Below, in pieces: positions 13,401 to 28,840 of a stretch of DNA of 64,000 bases. How positions within the stretch are numbered: the first letter of the stretch is position 1; the number at the start of each line of letters is the position of its first letter. Under the pieces are notes generated by a model. It saw only the letters and a program-made list of their open reading frames with translations. It made no database searches and was not told where the DNA came from. Source of the DNA: Eledone cirrhosa. Taxonomy: Eukaryota. Position numbers and translations under genes: made by a program. The stretch is from the NCBI GenBank assembly GCA_964016885.1, contig OZ024742.1, positions 367,288,001 through 367,352,000 on the forward strand, in the 5' to 3' direction.

Positions 13401-16400
13401 AAGAATATTAGAGTATACATGTACCTGAGCACATCTACAAAGAATATTATAGTATACATGTACCTAAGCACATTTACAAAGAATATTACAGTATACATGT
13501 ACCGGAGCACATTTACAAAGAATATTACAGTATACATTTACCTGAGCTCATTTACTAGGAATATTATAGTATACGTGTATCTGGGCACATTTACAAAGAA
13601 TATTATATTATACATATACCTGAGCACATTTACAAAGAATATTATAGTATACATATACCTGAGCACATTTACAAAGAATATTACTGTATACATGTACTTG
13701 GACACATTTACAAAGAATATTACAGTATACATTTACTTGGGCACATTTACAAAGAATATTACAGTATACATGTACTTGGGCACATTTACAAAGAATATTA
13801 CAGTATACATGTACTTGGGCACATTAACAAGAATATTACAGTATACATGTACCTGAGCACATTTACAAAGAATATTACAGTATACATGTACCTGAGCACA
13901 TTTACAAAGAATATTACAGTATACATTTACTTGGGCACATTTACAAAAAAATATTACAGTATACATGTACCTGAGCTCATTTACGAAGAATATTATAGTA
14001 TACATGTACCTGAGCTCATTTACTAGGAATATTACAGTATACATTTACTTGGGCACATTTACAAAGAATATTACAGTATACATGTACTTGGACACATTTA
14101 CAAAGAATATTACAGTATACATTTACTTGGGCACATTTACAAAGAATATTACAGTATACATGTACTTGGGCACATTTACAAAGTATATTACAGTATACAT
14201 GTACCTGAGCACATTTACAAAGAATATTACAGTATACATGTACCTGAGCACATTTACAAAGAATATTACAGTATACATTTACCTGAGCTCATTTACTAGG
14301 AATATTACAGTATACATTTACTTGGGCACATTTACAAAGAATATTACAGTATACATGTACTTGGACACATTTACAAAGAATATTACAGTATACATTTACT
14401 TGGGCACATTTACAAAGAATATTACAGTATACATGTACTTGGGCACATTTACAAAGAATATTACAGTATACATGTACTTGGGCACATTAACAAGAATATT
14501 ACAGTATACATGTACCTGAGCACATTTACAAAGAATATTACAGTATACATTTACTTGGGCACATTTACAAAGAATATTACAGTATACATGTACCTGAGCT
14601 CATTTACAAAGAATATTATAGTATACATGTACCTGAGCACATTTACAAAGAATATTACAGTATACATTTACCTGAGCTCATTTACTAGGAATATTACAGT
14701 ATACATTTACTTGGGCACATTTACAAAGAATATTACAGTATACATGTACTTGGACACATTTACAAAGAATATTACAGTATACATTTACTTGGGCACATTT
14801 ACAAAGAATATTACAGTATACATGTACTTGGGCACATTTACAAAGAATATTACAGTATACATGTACTTGGGCACATTTACAAAGAATATTACAGTATACA
14901 TGTACCTTAGCACATTTACAAAGAATATTACAGTATACATGTACCTGAGCACATCTACAAAGAATATTATAGTATACATGTACCTGAGCACATTTACAAA
15001 GAATATTACAGTATACATGTACCGGAGCACATTTACAAAGAATATTACAGTATACATGTACCTGAGCACATTTACAAAGAATATTGCAGTATACATGTAC
15101 TTGGGCACATTTACAAAGAATATTACAGTATACATGTACCTGGGCACATTAACAAGAATATTACAGTATACATGTACCTGAGCACATTTACAAAGAATAT
15201 TACAGTTTACATATACCTGAGCACATTTACAAAGAATATTACAGTATACATGTACCTGAGCACATTTACAAAGAATATTACAGTATACATGTACCTGAGC
15301 ACATTTACAAAGAATATTACAGTATACATGTACTTGGGCACATTTACAAAGAATATTACAGTATACATGTACCTGAGCACATTTACAAAGAATATTACAG
15401 TATACATGTACCTGAGCACATTCACAAAGAATATTAGAGTATACATGTACCTGAGCACATCTACAAAGAATATTATAGTATACATGTACCTGAGCACATA
15501 TACAAAGAATATTACAGTATACATGTACCGGAGCACATTTACAAAGAATATTACAGTATACATTTACCTGAGCTCATTTACTAGGAATATTATAGTATAC
15601 GTGTATCTGGGCACATTTACAAAGAATATTATATTATACATATACCTGAGCACATTTACAAAGAATATTACTGTATACATGTACTTGGACACATTTACAA
15701 AGAATATTACAGTATACATTTACTTGGGCACATTTACAAAGAATATTACAGTATACATGTACTTGGGCACATTTACAAAGAATATTACAGTATACATGTA
15801 CTTGGGCACATTAACAAGAATATTACAGTATACATGTACCTGAGCACATTTACAAAGAATATTACAGTATACATGTACCTGAGCACATTTACAAAGAATA
15901 TTACAGTATACATTTACTTGGGCACATTTACAAAAAAATATTACAGTATACATGTACCTGAGCTCATTTACGAAGAATATTATAGTATACATGTACCTGA
16001 GCTCATTTACTAGGAATATTACAGTATACATTTACTTGGGCACATTTACAAAGAATATTACAGTATACATGTACTTGGACACATTTACAAAGAATATTAC
16101 AGTATACATTTACTTGGGCACATTTACAAAAAATATTACAGTATACATGTACTTGGGCACATTTACAAAGAATATTACAGTATACATGTACCTGAGCACA
16201 TTTACAAAGAATATTACAGTATACATGTACCTGAGCACATTTACAAAGAATATTACAGTATACATTTACCTGAGCTCATTTACTAGGAATATTACAGTAT
16301 ACATTTACTTGGGCACATTTACAAAGAATATTACAGTATACATGTACTTGGACACATTTACAAAGAATATTACAGTATACATTTACTTGGGCACATTTAC

Positions 16401-19400
16401 AAAGAATATTACAGTATACATGTACTTGGGCACATTTACTAAGAATATTACAGTATACATGTACTTGGGCACATTAACAAGAATATTACAGTATACATGT
16501 ACCTGAGCACATTTACAAAGAATATTACAGTATACATTTACTTGGGCACATTTACAAAGAATATTACAGTATACATGTACCTGAGCTCATTTACAAAGAA
16601 TATTATAGTATACATGTACCTGAGCACATTTACAAAGAATATTACAGTATACATTTACCTGAGCTCATTTACTAGGAATATTACAGTATACATTTACTTG
16701 GGCACATTTACAAAGAATATTACAGTATACATGTACTTGGACACATTTACAAAGAATATTACAGTATACATTTACTTGGGCACATTTACAAAGAATATTA
16801 CAGTATACATGTACTTGGGCACATTTACAAAGAATATTACAGTATACATGTACTTGGGCACATTTACAAAGAATATTACAGTATACATGTACCTTAGCAC
16901 ATTTACAAAGAATATTACAGTATACATGTACCTGAGCACATCTACAAAGAATATTATAGTATACATGTACCTGAGCACATTTACAAAGAATATTACAGTA
17001 TACATGTACCGGAGCACATTTACAAAGAATATTACAGTATACATGTACCTGAGCACATTTACAAAGAATATTACAGTATACATGTACTTGGGCACATTTA
17101 CAAAGAATATTACAGTATACATGTACCTGGGCACATTAACAAGAATATTACAGTATACATGTACCTGAGCACATTTACAAAGAATATTACAGTTTACATA
17201 TACCTGAGCACATTTACAAAGAATATTACAGTATACATGTACCTGAGCACATTTACAAAGAATATTACAGTATACATGTACCTGAGCACATTTACAAAGA
17301 ATATTACAGTATACATTTACCTGAGCTCATTTACTAGGAATATTATAGTATACGTGTATCTGGGCACATTTACAAAGAATATTATATTATACATATACCT
17401 GAGCACATTTACAAAGAATATTATAGTATACATATACCTGAGCACATTTACAAAGAATATTACTGTATACATGTACTTGGACACATTTACAAAGAATATT
17501 ACAGTATACATTTACTTGGGCACATTTACAAAGAATATTACAGTATACATGTACTTGGGCACATTTACAAAGAATATTACAGTATACATGTACTTGGGCA
17601 CATTAACAAGAATATTACAGTATACATGTACCTGAGCACATTTACAAAGAATATTACAGTATACATGTACCTGAGCACATTTACAAAGAATATTACAGTA
17701 TACATTTACTTGGGCACATTTACAAAAAAATATTACAGTATACATGTACCTGAGCTCATTTACGAAGAATATTATAGTATACATGTACCTGAGCTCATTT
17801 ACTAGGAATATTACAGTATACATTTACTTGGGCACATTTACAAAGAATATTACAGTATACATGTACTTGGACACATTTACAAAGAATATTACAGTATACA
17901 TTTACTTGGGCACATTTACAAAAAATATTACAGTATACATGTACTTGGGCACATTTACAAAGAATATTACAGTATACATGTACCTGAGCACATTTACAAA
18001 GAATATTACAGTATACATGTACCTGAGCACATTTACAAAGAATATTACAGTATACATTTACCTGAGCTCATTTACTAGGAATATTACAGTATACATTTAC
18101 TTGGGCACATTTACAAAGAATATTACAGTATACATGTACTTGGACACATTTACAAAGAATATTACAGTATACATTTACTTGGGCACATTTACAAAGAATA
18201 TTACAGTATACATGTACTTGGGCACATTTACAAAGAATATTACAGTATACATGTACTTGGGCACATTAACAAGAATATTACAGTATACATGTACCTGAGC
18301 ACATTTACAAAGAATATTACAGTATACATTTACTTGGGCACATTTACAAAGAATATTACAGTATACATGTACCTGAGCTCATTTACAAAGAATATTATAG
18401 TATACATGTACCTGAGCACATTTACAAAGAATATTACAGTATACATTTACCTGAGCTCATTTACTAGGAATATTACAGTATACATTTACTTGGGCACATT
18501 TACAAAGAATATTACAGTATACATGTACTTGGACACATTTACAAAGAATATTACAGTATACATTTACTTGGGCACATTTACAAAGAATATTACAGTATAC
18601 ATGTACTTGGGCACATTTACAAAGAATATTACAGTATACATGTACTTGGGCACATTTACAAAGAATATTACAGTATACATGTACCTTAGCACATTTACAA
18701 AGAATATTACAGTATACATGTACCTGAGCACATCTACAAAGAATATTATAGTATACATGTACCTGAGCACATTTACAAAGAATATTACAGTATACATGTA
18801 CCGGAGCACATTTACAAAGAATATTACAGTATACATGTACCTGAGCACATTTACAAAGAATATTACAGTATACATGTACTTGGGCACATTTACAAAGAAT
18901 ATTACAGTATACATGTACCTGGGCACATTAACAAGAATATTACAGTATACATGTACCTGAGCACATTTACAAAGAATATTACAGTTTACATATACCTGAG
19001 CACATTTACAAAGAATATTACAGTATACATGTACCTGAGCACATTTACAAAGAATATTACAGTATACATGTACCTGAGCACATTTACAAAGAATATTACA
19101 GTATACATGTACCTGAGCACATTTTCAAAGCATATTACAGTATACATGTACCGGAGCACATTTACAAACAATATTACAGTATACATTTACCTGAGCTCAT
19201 TTACAAGAAATATTACAGTATACATGTACCTGGGCACATTTACAAAGAATATTATAGTATACATTTACCTGAGCTCATTTACATAGAATATTATAGTATA
19301 CATGTACCTGAGCACATTTACAAAGAATATTATAGTATACATGTACCTGAGCACATTTACAAGGAATATTACAGTAAACATATACCTGAGCACATTTACA

Positions 19401-22400
19401 AAGAATATTACAGTATACATGTACTTGGGTACATTTACAAAGAATATTATAGTATACATGTACATGAGCACATTTACAAAGAATATTACAGTATACATGT
19501 ACCTGAGCACATTTACAAAGAATATTATATTATACATGTACTTGGGCACATTTACAAAGAATAATTCAGTATACATGTACTTGGGCACATTTACAAAGAA
19601 TATTACAGTATACATGTATCTGAGCACATTTACAAAGAATATTACAGTATACATGTACCTGAGCACATTTACAAAGAATATTACAGTATACATGTACCTG
19701 AGCACATTTACTAAGAATATTATAGTATACTTGTACCTGAGCACATTTACAAAGAGTATTACAGTATACATATACCTGAGCTCATTTACAAAGAATATTA
19801 CAGTATACATATACCTGAGCACATTTACAAAGAATATTACAGTATACATGTACCTGAGCTCATTTACAAAGAATATTATAGTATACATGTACCTGAGCAC
19901 ATTTACAAAGAATATTACAGTATACATTTACCTGAGCTCATTTACTAGGAATATTACAGTATACGTGTATCTGGGCACATTTACAAAGAATATTATATTA
20001 TACATATACCTGAGCACATTTACAAAGAATATTACAGTATACATTTACTTGGGCACATTTACAAAGAATATTACAGTATACATGTACTTGGGCACATTTA
20101 CAAAGAATATTACAGTATACATGTACTTGGGCACATTAACAAGAATATTACAGTATACATGTACCTGAGCACATTTACAAAGAATATTACAGTATACATT
20201 TACTTGGGCACATTTACAAAGAATATTACAGTATACATGTACCTGAGCTCATTTACAAAGAATATTATAGTATACATGTACCTGAGCACATTTACAAAGA
20301 ATATTACAGTATACATTTACCTGAGCTCATTTACTAGGAATATTACAGTATACATTTACTTGGGCACATTTACAAAGAATATTACAGTATACATGTACTT
20401 GGACACATTTACAAAGAATATTACAGTATACATTTACTTGGGCACATTTACAAAGAATATTACAGTATACATGTACTTGGGCACATTTACAAAGAATATT
20501 ACAGTATACATGTACTTGGGCACATTTACAAAGAATATTACAGTATACATGTACCTTAGCACATTTACAAAGAATATTACAGTATACATGTACCTGAGCA
20601 CATCTACAAAGAATATTATAGTATACATGTACCTGAGCACATTTACAAAGAATATTACAGTATACATGTACCGGAGCACATTTACAAAGAATATTACAGT
20701 ATACATGTACCTGAGCACATTTACAAAGAATATTGCAGTATACATGTACTTGGGCACATTTACAAAGAATATTACAGTATACATGTACCTGGGCACATTA
20801 ACAAGAATATTACAGTATACATGTACCTGAGCACATTTACAAAGAATATTACAGTTTACATATACCTGAGCACATTTACAAAGAATATTACAGTATACAT
20901 GTACCTGAGCACATTTACAAAGAATATTACAGTATACATGTACCTGAGCACATTTACAAAGAATATTACAGTATACATGTACTTGGGCACATTTACAAAG
21001 AATATTACAGTATACATGTACCTGAGCACATTTACAAAGAATATTACAGTATACATGTACCTGAGCACATTCACAAAGAATATTAGAGTATACATGTACC
21101 TGAGCACATCTACAAAGAATATTATAGTATACATGTACCTGAGCACATATACAAAGAATATTACAGTATACATGTACCGGAGCACATTTACAAAGAATAT
21201 TACAGTATACATTTACCTGAGCTCATTTACTAGGAATATTATAGTATACGTGTATCTGGGCACATTTACAAAGAATATTATATTATACATATACCTGAGC
21301 ACATTTACAAAGAATATTATAGTATACATATACCTGAGCACATTTACAAAGAATATTACTGTATACATGTACTTGGACACATTTACAAAGAATATTACAG
21401 TATACATTTACTTGGGCACATTTACAAAGAATATTACAGTATACATGTACTTGGGCACATTTACAAAGAATATTACAGTATACATGTACTTGGGCACATT
21501 AACAAGAATATTACAGTATACATGTACCTGAGCACATTTACAAAGAATATTACAGTATACATGTACCTGAGCACATTTACAAAGAATATTACAGTATACA
21601 TTTACTTGGGCACATTTACAAAAAAATATTACAGTATACATGTACCTGAGCTCATTTACGAAGAATATTATAGTATACATGTACCTGAGCTCATTTACTA
21701 GGAATATTACAGTATACATTTACTTGGGCACATTTACAAAGAATATTACAGTATACATGTACTTGGACACATTTACAAAGAATATTACAGTATACATTTA
21801 CTTGGGCACATTTACAAAAAATATTACAGTATACATGTACTTGGGCACATTTACAAAGAATATTACAGTATACATGTACCTGAGCACATTTACAAAGAAT
21901 ATTACAGTATACATGTACCTGAGCACATTTACAAAGAATATTACAGTATACATTTACCTGAGCTCATTTACTAGGAATATTACAGTATACATTTACTTGG
22001 GCACATTTACAAAGAATATTACAGTATACATGTACTTGGACACATTTACAAAGAATATTACAGTATACATTTACTTGGGCACATTTACAAAGAATATTAC
22101 AGTATACATGTACTTGGGCACATTTACAAAGAATATTACAGTATACATGTACTTGGGCACATTAACAAGAATATTACAGTATACATGTACCTGAGCACAT
22201 TTACAAAGAATATTACAGTATACATTTACTTGGGCACATTTACAAAGAATATTACAGTATACATGTACCTGAGCTCATTTACAAAGAATATTATAGTATA
22301 CATGTACCTGAGCACATTTACAAAGAATATTACAGTATACATTTACCTGAGCTCATTTACTAGGAATATTACAGTATACATTTACTTGGGCACATTTACA

Positions 22401-23000
22401 AAGAATATTACAGTATACATGTACTTGGACACATTTACAAAGAATATTACAGTATACATTTACTTGGGCACATTTACAAAGAATATTACAGTATACATGT
22501 ACTTGGGCACATTTACAAAGAATATTACAGTATACATGTACTTGGGCACATTTACAAAGAATATTACAGTATACATGTACCTTAGCACATTTACAAATAA
22601 TATTACAGTATACATGTACCTGAGCACATCTACAAAGAATATTATAGTATACATGTACCTGAGCACATTTACAAAGAATATTACAGTATACATGTACCTG
22701 AGCACATTTACAAAGAATATTACAGTATACATGTACCTGAGCACATTTACAAAGAATATTACAGTATACATGTACCTGAGCACATTTACAAAGAATATTA
22801 CAGTATACATGTACCTGAGCACATTTACAAAGAATATTACAGTATACATGTACCTGAGCACATTTTCAAAGCATATTACAGTATACATGTACCGGAGCAC
22901 ATTTACAAACAATATTACAGTATACATTTACCTGAGCTCATTTACAAGAAATATTACAGTATACATGTACCTGGGCACATTTACAAAGAATATTATAGTA
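13400..23000. repeat. HOR domain with units of 46-52 monomers (1,987 / 1,792 / 1,870 / 2,026 bp)
   Basis: A 40-bp A7 monomer (TTAC-AAAAAAA-TATT) starts its A-tract at 13945, 15932, 17724 and 21620. Equivalent track ORFs start at 14510, 16497, 18289, 20159 and 22185. CCTTAGC and the 38-bp CATTAACAAG monomers recur in fixed order. Confidence 0.88.
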
Positions 23001-25249
23001 TACATTTACCTGAGCTCATTTACATAGAATATTATAGTATACATGTACCTGAGCACATTTACAAAGAATATTATAGTATACATGTACCTGAGCACATTTA
23101 CAAGGAATATTACAGTAAACATATACCTGAGCACATTTACAAAGAATATTACAGTATACATGTACTTGGGTACATTTACAAAGAATATTATAGTATACAT
23201 GTACATGAGCACATTTACAAAGAATATTACAGTATACATGTACCTGAGCACATTTACAAAGAATATTATATTATACATGTACTTGGGCACATTTACAAAG
23301 AATAATTCAGTATACATGTACTTGGGCACATTTACAAAGAATATTACAGTATACATGTATCTGAGCACATTTACAAAGAATATTACAGTATACATGTACC
23401 TGAGCACATTTACAAAGAATATTACAGTATACATGTACCTGAGCACATTTACAAAGAATATTATAGTATACTTGTACCTGAGCACATTTACAAAGAGTAT
23501 TACAGTATACATATACCTGAGCTCATTTACAAAGAATATTACAGTATACATATACCTGAGCACATTTACAAAGAATATTACAGTATACATGTACCTGAGC
23601 TCATTTACAAAGAATATTATAGTATACATGTACCTGAGCACATTTACAAAGAATATTACAGTATACATTTACCTGAGCTCATTTACTAGGAATATTACAG
23701 TATACGTGTATCTGGGCACATTTACAAAGAATATTATATTATACATATACCTGAGCACATTTACAAAGAATATTACAGTATACATTTACTTGGGCACATT
23801 TACAAAGAATATTACAGTATACATGTACTTGGGCACATTTACAAAGAATATTACAGTATACATGTACCTGAGCACATTTACAAAGAATATTACAGTATAC
23901 ATGTACTTGGGCACATTTACAAAGAATATTACAGTATACATGTACCTGAGCACATTTACAAAGAATATTACAGTATACATTTACTTGGGCACATTTACAA
24001 AGAATATTACAGTATACATGTACTTGGGCACATTTACAAAGAATATTAAAGTATACATTTACTTGGGCACATTTACAAAGAATATTACAGTATACATGTG
24101 CTTGGGCACATTTACAAAGAATATTACAGTATACATGTACTTGGGCACATTTACAACGAATATTACAGTATACATGTACCTGAGCACATTCACAAAGAAT
24201 ATTACAGTACACATGTACCTGAGCACATCTACAAAGAATATTATAGTATACATGTACCTGAGCACATTTACAAAGAATATTACAGTATACATGTACCGGA
24301 GCACATTTACAAAGAATAGTACAGTATACATGTATCTGAGCACATTTACAAAGAATATTACAGTATACATGTACCTGAGCACATTTACAAAGAATATTAT
24401 AGTATACATGTACCTGAGCACATTTACAAAGAATATTACAGTATACATGTACTTGGGCACATTTACAAAGAATATTATAGTATACATGTATCTGAGCTCA
24501 TTTACAAAGAATATTATAGCATACATGTACCTGAGCTCATTTACAAAGAATATTATAGTATACATGTACCTGAGCACATTTACAAAGAATATTACAGTAT
24601 ACATTTACCTGAGCTCATTTACTAGGAATATTACAGTATACATTTACTTGGGCACATTTACAAAGAATATTACAGTATACATGTACTTGGACACATTTAC
24701 AAAGAATATTACAGTATACATTTACTTGGGCACATTTACAAAGAATATTACAGTATACATGTACTTGGGCACATTTACAAAGAATATTACAGTATACATG
24801 TACTTGGGCACATTTACAAAGAATATTACAGCATACATGTACCTGAGCACATTTACAAAGAATATTACAGTATACATGTACCTGAGCACATCTACAAAGA
24901 ATATTATAGTATACATGTACCTGAGCACATTTACAAAGAATATTACAGTATACATGTACCGGAGCACATTTACAAAGAATATTACAGTATACATGTACCT
25001 GAGCACATTTACAAAGAATATTACAGTATACATGTACTTGGGCACATTTACAAAGAATATTACAGTATACATGTAACTGGGCACATTAACAAGAATATTA
25101 CAGTATACATGTACCTGAGTACATTTACAAAGAATATTACAGTTTACATATACCTGAGCACATTTACAAAGAATATTACAGTATACATGTACCTGAGCAC
25201 ATTTACAAAGAATATTACAGTATACATGTACCTGAGCACATTTACAAAG

Positions 25250-28200
25250 AATATTACAGTATACATGTACCTGAGCACATTTTCAAAGCATATTACAGTA
25301 TACATGTACCGGAGCACATTTACAAACAATATTACAGTATACATTTACCTGAGCTCATTTACAAGAAATATTACAGTATACATGTACCTGGGCACATTTA
25401 CAAAGAATATTATAGTATACATTTACCTGAGCTCATTTACAAAGAATATTATAGTATACATGTACCTGAGCACATTTACAAAGAATATTATAGTATACAT
25501 GTACCTGAGCACATTTACAAGGAATATTACAGTAAACATATACCTGAGCACATTTACAAAGAATATTACAGTATACATGTACTTGGGTACATTTACCAAG
25601 AATATTATAGTATACATGTACATGAGCACATTTACAAAGAATATTACAGTATACATGTACCTGAGCACATTTACAAAGAATATTGCAGTATACATGTACC
25701 TGAGCACATTTACAAAGAATATTATATTATACATGTACTTGGGCACATTTACAAAGAATAATTCAGTATACATGTACTTGGGCACATTTACAAAGAATAT
25801 TACAGTATACATGTATCTGAGCACATTTACAAAGAATATTACAGTATACATGTACCTGAGCACATTTACAAAGAATATTACAGTATACATGTACCTGAGC
25901 ACATTTACAAAGAATATTATAGTATACTTGTACCTGAGCACATTTACAAAGAGTATTACAGTATACATATACCTGAGCTCATTTACAAAGAATATTACAG
26001 TATACATATACCTGAGCACATTTACAAAGAATATTACAGTATACATGTACCTGAGCTCATTTACAAAGAATATTATAGTATACATGTACCTGAGCACATT
26101 TACAAAGAATATTACAGTATACATTTACCTGAGCTCATTTACTAGGAATATTACAGTATACGTGTATCTGGGCACATTTACAAAGAATATTATATTATAC
26201 ATATACCTGAGCACATTTACAAAGAATATTACAGTATACATTTACTTGGGCACATTTACAAAGAATATTACAGTATACATGTACTTGGGCACATTTACAA
26301 AGAATATTACAGTATACATGTACCTGAGCACATTTACAAAGAATATTACAGTATACATGTACTTGGGCACATTTACAAAGAATATTACAGTATACATGTA
26401 CCTGAGCACATTTACAAAGAATATTACAGTATACATTTACTTGGGCACATTTACAAAGAATATTACAGTATACATGTACTTGGTCACATTTACAAAGAAT
26501 ATTAAAGTATACATTTACTTGGGCACATTTACAAAGAATATTACAGTATGCATGTGCTTGGGCACATTTACAAAGAATATTACAGTATACATGTACTTGG
26601 GCACATTTACAAAGAATATTACAGTATACATGTACCTGAGCACATTCACAAAGAATATTACAGTATACATGTACCTGAGCACATCTACAAAGAATATTAT
26701 AGTATACATGTACCTGAGCACATTTACAAAGAATATTACAGTATACATGTACCGGAGCACATTTACAAAGAATAGTACAGTATACATGTATCTGAGCACA
26801 TTTACAAAGAATATTACAGTATACATGTACCTGAGCACATTTACAAAGAATATTATAGTATACATGTACCTGAGCACATTTACAAAGAATATTACAGTAT
26901 ACATGTACTTGGGCACATTTACAAAGAATATTATAGTATACATGTATCTGAGCTCATTTACAAAGAATATTATAGCATACATGTACCTGAGCTCATTTAC
27001 AAAGAATATTATAGTATACATGTACCTGAGCACATTTACAAAGAATATTACAGTATACATGTACCTGAGCACATTTTCAAAGCATATTACAGTATACATG
27101 TACCGGAGCACATTTACAAACAATATTACAGTATACATTTACCTGAGCTCATTTACAAGAAATATTACAGTATACATGTACCTGGGCACATTTACAAAGA
27201 ATATTATAGTATACATTTACCTGAGCTCATTTACAAAGAATATTATAGTATACATGTACCTGAGCACATTTACAAAGAATATTATAGTATACATGTACCT
27301 GAGCACATTTACAAGGAATATTACAGTAAACATATACCTGAGCACATTTACAAAGAATATTACAGTATACATGTACTTGGGTACATTTACCAAGAATATT
27401 ATAGTATACATGTACATGAGCACATTTACAAAGAATATTACAGTATACATGTACCTGAGCACATTTACAAAGAATATTGCAGTATACATGTACCTGAGCA
27501 CATTTACAAAGAATATTATATTATACATGTACTTGGGCACATTTACAAAGAATAATTCAGTATACATGTACTTGGGCACATTTACAAAGAATATTACAGT
27601 ATACATGTATCTGAGCACATTTACAAAGAATATTACAGTATACATGTACCTGAGCACATTTACAAAGAATATTACAGTATACATGTACCTGAGCACATTT
27701 ACAAAGAATATTATAGTATACTTGTACCTGAGCACATTTACAAAGAGTATTACAGTATACATATACCTGAGCTCATTTACAAAGAATATTACAGTATACA
27801 TATACCTGAGCACATTTACAAAGAATATTACAGTATACATGTACCTGAGCTCATTTACAAAGAATATTATAGTATACATGTACCTGAGCACATTTACAAA
27901 GAATATTACAGTATACATTTACCTGAGCTCATTTACTAGGAATATTACAGTATACGTGTATCTGGGCACATTTACAAAGAATATTATATTATACATATAC
28001 CTGAGCACATTTACAAAGAATATTACAGTATACATTTACTTGGGCACATTTACAAAGAATATTACAGTATACATGTACTTGGGCACATTTACAAAGAATA
28101 TTACAGTATACATGTACCTGAGCACATTTACAAAGAATATTACAGTATACATGTACTTGGGCACATTTACAAAGAATATTACAGTATACATGTACCTGAG

Positions 28201-28840
28201 CACATTTACAAAGAATATTACAGTATACATTTACTTGGGCACATTTACAAAGAATATTACAGTATACATGTACTTGGTCACATTTACAAAGAATATTAAA
28301 GTATACATTTACTTGGGCACATTTACAAAGAATATTACAGTATGCATGTGCTTGGGCACATTTACAAAGAATATTACAGTATACATGTACTTGGGCACAT
28401 TTACAAAGAATATTACAGTATACATGTACCTGAGCACATTCACAAAGAATATTACAGTATACATGTACCTGAGCACATCTACAAAGAATATTATAGTATA
28501 CATGTACCTGAGCACATTTACAAAGAATATTACAGTATACATGTACCGGAGCACATTTACAAAGAATAGTACAGTATACATGTATCTGAGCACATTTACA
28601 AAGAATATTACAGTATACATGTACCTGAGCACATTTACAAAGAATATTATAGTATACATGTACCTGAGCACATTTACAAAGAATATTACAGTATACATGT
28701 ACTTGGGCACATTTACAAAGAATATTATAGTATACATGTATCTGAGCTCATTTACAAAGAATATTATAGCATACATGTACCTGAGCTCATTTACAAAGAA
28801 TATTATAGTATACATGTACCTGAGCACATTTACAAAGAAT
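25250..28840. repeat. Near-perfect tandem duplication of 46 monomers (1,794 bp)
   Basis: TTTTCAAAGCAT has its first C at 25284 and 27078. Track ORF pairs 25423/27217, 26242/28036 and 26548/28342 are all offset by 1794. The variant GGGTACATTTACCAAG is present in both copies. Confidence 0.92.
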
